Origin: Octopus vulgaris
Taxonomy: Eukaryota
Assembly: GCA_951406725.2 (NCBI GenBank)
Contig: OX597823.1
Span: 24,676,001-24,740,000 of the forward strand
DNA: 64,000 bases
Direction: 5' to 3'
The translations under genes were made by a program, and so were the position numbers. Under the pieces are notes generated by a model. It was not told the DNA's origin, did not search any database, and worked only from the letters and a program-made list of their open reading frames with translations. Shown here piece by piece: positions 55,130-61,100 of the stretch (its first letter is position 1; every line of letters begins with the position of its first letter).

Positions 55130-58100
55130 ACGCACGTGCGCATGCGTGTGATTTGATGACATGCATGCCATTGCTTATCTTTATTATTTTGCACTCTCTG
55201 GCAGAATCGTTAGCGCGATGGACAAAATGCTTAGTGGTATTTTGCCCATTGGTACGTTCTGAGTTCATATTCCACTGAGGTCGTCTTTACCCTTCATCCT
55301 TTTGGAATCAATATAATAAGTACTGGTTAAACACTTGGGTCAATGTAATCAAGTCATTCCCTCCCTCCAAATTGCTGCCCTTTATTATTTTGCACTCCAA
55401 GGTTCTTGCAGTGGAGGTAGACTACACACTGAAGTACAAAATGGGAGGTAAACTACACTCTAAAGTGTAAATGGCCTGGTAGATGACATACTAAAATGGT
55501 ACCAAAGTCAAACTATGCCCACTGGATTACTTAACATTCATTTACCATGAAATAGTTATTATGTGTATCTTCTGAAATTCTTATAACCAGACATAGAACA
55601 CTTATTGCTCAGGTATTATTGGATAAGGATAAAAGATTACAGAACCCATCCTGTCTTCAGTGTCTCTGTCTTCCCCTCCTCGTCTCTCTCTCTCCCTCTC
55701 TCTCTCTCTCACACCTTGTTTTCTTATCTTTCTCTTTTTCTCTTTCACTTTGCCTCTCATATATATCTCTCTATCTCTAAGATTTATTTATTTATTTATC
55801 ACTTACTTTATCATTTTATATATATTTTTCTTTATATAGTTTTACTTTTTCATCCTTTTTATTATTGACCATTTAAGTTTTTTCTTTCATTCTTTTCTTC
55901 ATTACAATTCTACCTTCTCTTCCTTTTTTCTCTTTTCCTTTCCCTTTCTCTTCCTTTTTCTCTTTTCCTTTCCCTTTCTCTTCCTTTTTCTCTTTCCCTT
56001 TCTCTTGACTTTTTGTCTCTCCATTTCCCTATGACACTTGCTCTCTATCTACTCTCCTTTTCTAACTGTACACACAAGATATACTGTGTGTGTGTGTGTG
56101 TGTACTTATAGGTTTTGCCACCTATACAACTCCAAATGTTTGACCACCATAACATCATGCAACAAAGTGTTCCCCTTATGATCCTTTGTGATTAAGCATC
56201 CAGTTACTTGTGGAACATCCAATTCATGGTTTTCAAACAACCACAACAGTTAAGTGTACAAGGGGAACAAATGATATAAACTTGTATTTTGCCTGTGTTG
56301 CTCTGTATACCATAACCAATATTACTACTAAGTACAGTAGAAATCACACCACTATACTGGATATAAACTGGATGAAGATAATCTACATAGAGCTCTAAAC
56401 TCAACAGTAGCAGTTGTACATCTAACTGTACACACAAGACATACTCTGTGTGCACGTGTGTGTGTGTGTGTGTGTATACATGTAAATGTCTTCAGTTTGT
56501 TTCAGTCAATATCTTTTATTCTAAATTTCTCATTATCTCCTTGTTCTCACCCTCCTCCTAACATATTCGCAACTGATATCAGTTTCTCTTATCACTTCCA
56601 GCTCATGCAAAAGTTAACTGTGGACAACCAAAAGATGTTGCTGGTGCACTTAAATCCTATGATACTACTACCTATAAATCTGAAGTGAACTATACTTGTC
56701 AAGATGGAGAACAATTAAAGGCAGTATGCCAAAAGGACAAGAAATGGACTCCAGAAGTGTCTTGTAAAGGTATTGTAAATAGGTTTTCTCATTTGGACTC
56801 TGTCTTTGTTTTACTTTTGTGTTAAATGTCAATGTTAGAGAAATTCTGACAGATCTCCTCAAATTCTTCCATCAAAGAACAGAAAGTGTGTAAGTGTATT
56901 CCCTCTAGCAGGCTTCTGCTAGTTTCCATCCACCAAATTTCATCCACAAGCCTTAGTTATGAATCAAATTTTTAACCAGGCAGACAAAACTCCACCCACT
57001 TCCACATTGTTGTTAAGTAAATTTATTACTTCCAAACCTCAGCTCATCTTGTTTTTTTTCTTAATTTCTATCTTTCTTAAACATTGTGTCATCACCTGAA
57101 ACTCAATACAATGCATTGCACTAAATCCTTTTTACTAGAATTCAACAATAATCCAAAACGGATTTCTGATGCCCTAAATTATAATAATACAAATAATGAT
57201 AATGGTTTCTGATTTTTGGGGGGAAAAAAAACAAGAATTTTTTATAGGAGTTTAGTCAGTATCATCCATTCCATTATTTGACTGTTATTTTGTGTTATTT
57301 ATCCCCACAAGATTAACAGGTAAAGTTGACATTGGTTGGATTAGTAAAGCATTTCTTCCAATGCTCTAATTAGTACACATTTATGCATTTAATATAAAGA
57401 TAAGAATGATAATGTAATCCTTTTGAATGTAGAAGGATATCTGACTAGGATCATTTGAAGAACTCCACCATCATTCTGTACTCTAAGGACATGTACCCTT
57501 TCTAATAATTGTTCTCTGTTAGACAGGTTTATGCACTATGGACCCCAAACACTAACTATTTTTTTCACCTTCATATTACTTTCGATAATTTCCCTTGAAA
57601 AGAATATCACTTTTTCCATCCTTATCTTTTTTACAAGTAAAACTTTAAAAATACAGATTAGGGATTGACCAAAGAGAAAAGTTCCCATTGTTAGACTTTT
57701 CAACCTCATCCACCATGCAACCTCTTTTGCTATAGCTACCAGACAGAGGAAAACTATCTTCTTTACTCAGTTCAATGAGGACGGGGAGCAATCATCATGA
57801 TCGACTTGACTGACAGATTTGTTGTTGTTTAAAATAAATCTACAAATCAATAATGCCTGGACACTAAACAAGTGCATGTAAAATCAATTTCTTGTACTGT
57901 GCACATTTGATGTCACTTCTGAGACTAGATTTTATCTTGGACTAGTAGATCTCTTTGGTAGCATTACCAAGAACTCCAGGAAGTTGCTCATAGTATTCCC
58001 ATACCAAAATGAATTTTTAAAACAAACTTGCTACCTCGTTCACATCAAAGCTTAGAATATCCCTGAGAATATCAATGTTCTTTCCACTCCACTAATCTCA

Positions 58101-61100
58101 TGGATATTACTAGAGTGTAACACCCATCAATTCCGTTGCCCAGGTTAGGTTTCATCCAGCTTACTTGGGATTATATTAGATAATCAGGCCTTCACTTTTT
58201 GTGAGAGTAGTGTTACTGAGTATGATTTCATTGATATATCTAACATGTGTGTCCATTTAAAGGGCTTCCATGGTGACTGGACTGTGGTAAATGTTGAACT
58301 TAATATTGCAAGTTAACAGATCTGACACAGCTTTTTCCCAGGTACAATTTGTTCAGCACCACCAACTGACACTTCACATGGTCATCATGATGTTAGTGGA
58401 CAATATTTGATCCAGGGTTAATATATTTATTATAACAATAAAACACACATTGACGCACAGATGCTAGGGCTGGGCATAGACAACCTGAACCTCACAAGTG
58501 TAGGAAGGAAGGGTTGCATGAAGTTTTCATAACAGTAGTTCCTTCAGAAGAAAAGAAAATTACAATCTCATTGTAATTAATTATGTATTCATTACTCAAG
58601 CACAAAGCCAAACATAATTAGAAAAAGGAATGACTTTATGTGATATTTATGTCTTTCTGAAGTTTGCTAATTGTCTATGTAAAGTGAACTGACTTAAACT
58701 GAGAATCAAACCCAGATCATTGACTCACAACACTCTGTAAATATTTATACTAAAAGAACAACTAAGGAAGAATACTCAAGATCACTTTTTGCATGGAAAG
58801 CACATAAGAAAGTGGTTACTTCTAGAACCAAGTTGTTATGTCTAATTAAAATTACACCTTCAGTGGCTGAAGTAATATGTTAATGTAAGTAATATTATGT
58901 TAATGACTTATTCTGGTCATTAAATTCAGGAGAGACAACCTCATAGAATTAATCAGTTTTTCTTTATTTCACTGAAAGTATAATTCTAATGAATTAAAAT
59001 TTCTTAGCTACTTACATTAAGGTTTGAGTATCAACATTTACTACAAATTATATCTGTTCATTATAAATAATGAAAGTTAATTTATTTTAGTTTTCAAAGA
59101 CAAAACATCATAAAGTCAGTAATGTGATGGGTGATAATCCATGTGATAACTAACCACATTTATTCATTTCCTTTTACATTCCTGGTTCAAATCCCACTTG
59201 GTTATAATTCACCTTTCATATTTCTGAAGTTGATAAAACCAGCTCTATTCAACTACTGAGTTCCATTCGATTTCATGAGTCATTGCAGAATGCGTGAATT
59301 TATGTTTAAGTTAGAAACTGTTATCATAAATATTGGTAACATTAACAATAATTATAAATATTTGTGTTAGTGACAGATTAAGAGAATCATCAGAACATCA
59401 GAAAAAATGTGTTGTGGTATATGTTGTTTCTCTTTGACTTCTGAGTTCAGATCTGGCTGATGTCAAATTTGCTTTGTCAGGGCCAATAAAATAAAATACC
59501 AGTCAAATGTAGGCTCCAATTTTACTGATTAACTATTACTTTTGTCGTTCTTTCTACATTATAAATTAGAATTATTGTTGCTGTTGTTTCTATTCCTATA
59601 AATATTTCTTAAATTCCAGTTACTCGGAAATATTTTGTGAAAGTAAGAAGTGGAACTCTGGATGTACCTAAGAAATTGTTGTGGAATAAGGAAAATGTTA
59701 CAGTAGAAGACTGTTCAGCAAAATGCCTTTCTCAAAACAATTGTTTATCATTTGAAATAAATAAAGAAAATAGAAAATGTTACTTATCAAAGGAAACTGC
59801 AGCTACCTCCAAGAAAATAAAATCGGCCAAAGACAGAGATTACTACCAACGAGTAAAACGTAATTATTCTTTGTTCCTCTTTTTCTGAAATTTGTGATTC
59901 TATTTGTACTTCATAATATATAGATCTATATAATTAACCTCGATAGCATTCATAACAACTTGACAAAAGATTTTGTTAAAAACTTTGAAGCACTTGAATA
60001 ATTTTTCAGTTTGAAGCACAAAGGCTTTATTGTCACAGCTAAGGCAAATGCTTAAAGGCACAAGAGAAGAAAAGCCATTGATAGACTCTTGTGACAGGGG
60101 TACAACATGGCAACAAAACAAGAATTCAGTCATTGGAATGCCATGATGGCCATGTGTTACTAGATCACAAGCAAATATGAGTGGCTTTTCAGCAGCATTT
60201 TGCTCATGAGTGGCAAGTTGGGTCACGGAATGGATTTCAGTGCCCACCCCAAAACCCTGCTATGATGCACGGCAAGAAAAGTGCTGCATTTTTGAAACAA
60301 TAGGAACCACATTGATAATTTTTGCCTATAACTCTTCTGAATGCAAATTTCAAGATTCAACCCAACATGTTAGTCAAATTTTGGCACTTGCCCAATTGTC
60401 AGATGGGTGATGTGCAAACATGCATGATCACAAACATATCTATCCATGATAACCTCCATTTCATGTGATACATAACAGAAAGGATGGACAATAAAGCTTG
60501 TATGGATAGGGCCTTGATCAATTTAGATGAAACAAAAGCTTCTGAAAAGGTTGATAAATAATACCTGACTATTGTCCTCAAAACAGTGAGTTTCACTTCC
60601 AATTTTGCAAGTTGGATTACCATAATGTACAACAATACCTGCTTCATGGTTACAGTGAATGGCCACTAACAGGAACAATTCAGCATCACTCAGTATGTCA
60701 AGTTTGTTCTAGGAAGGACCATACTGTTCAACAGAGGTGGCTTGTTTCCTTCGACCATGCTCGCCACTCTTACCCATTTTTCAATAAATTTTCTGAGCAA
60801 CAGCACTTACCTCTCCACTTTCAATTTTCTTTTCAAGTGAAAATTGGAAAGGAGAACTTGGCCAAAGAGAAAGGTGTCTGTTTTCAGCCCTTTCAATCTG
60901 GTCTAAAACACAATCTATTTTTCTAAAGCCATCACACTAATAGAGCTTCTTTGATCTTCCTGGTTAAAGGAATATGGTGGGATGATTTTCACAATGGACT
61001 CAACTGATAGCTTAGGCTATCTTACATACAACAGCAGGTGTTCAAATCTTAACTCCACAAGCCAGTAATGCACAGGCAAATGACAAATGCATGCAGAACA

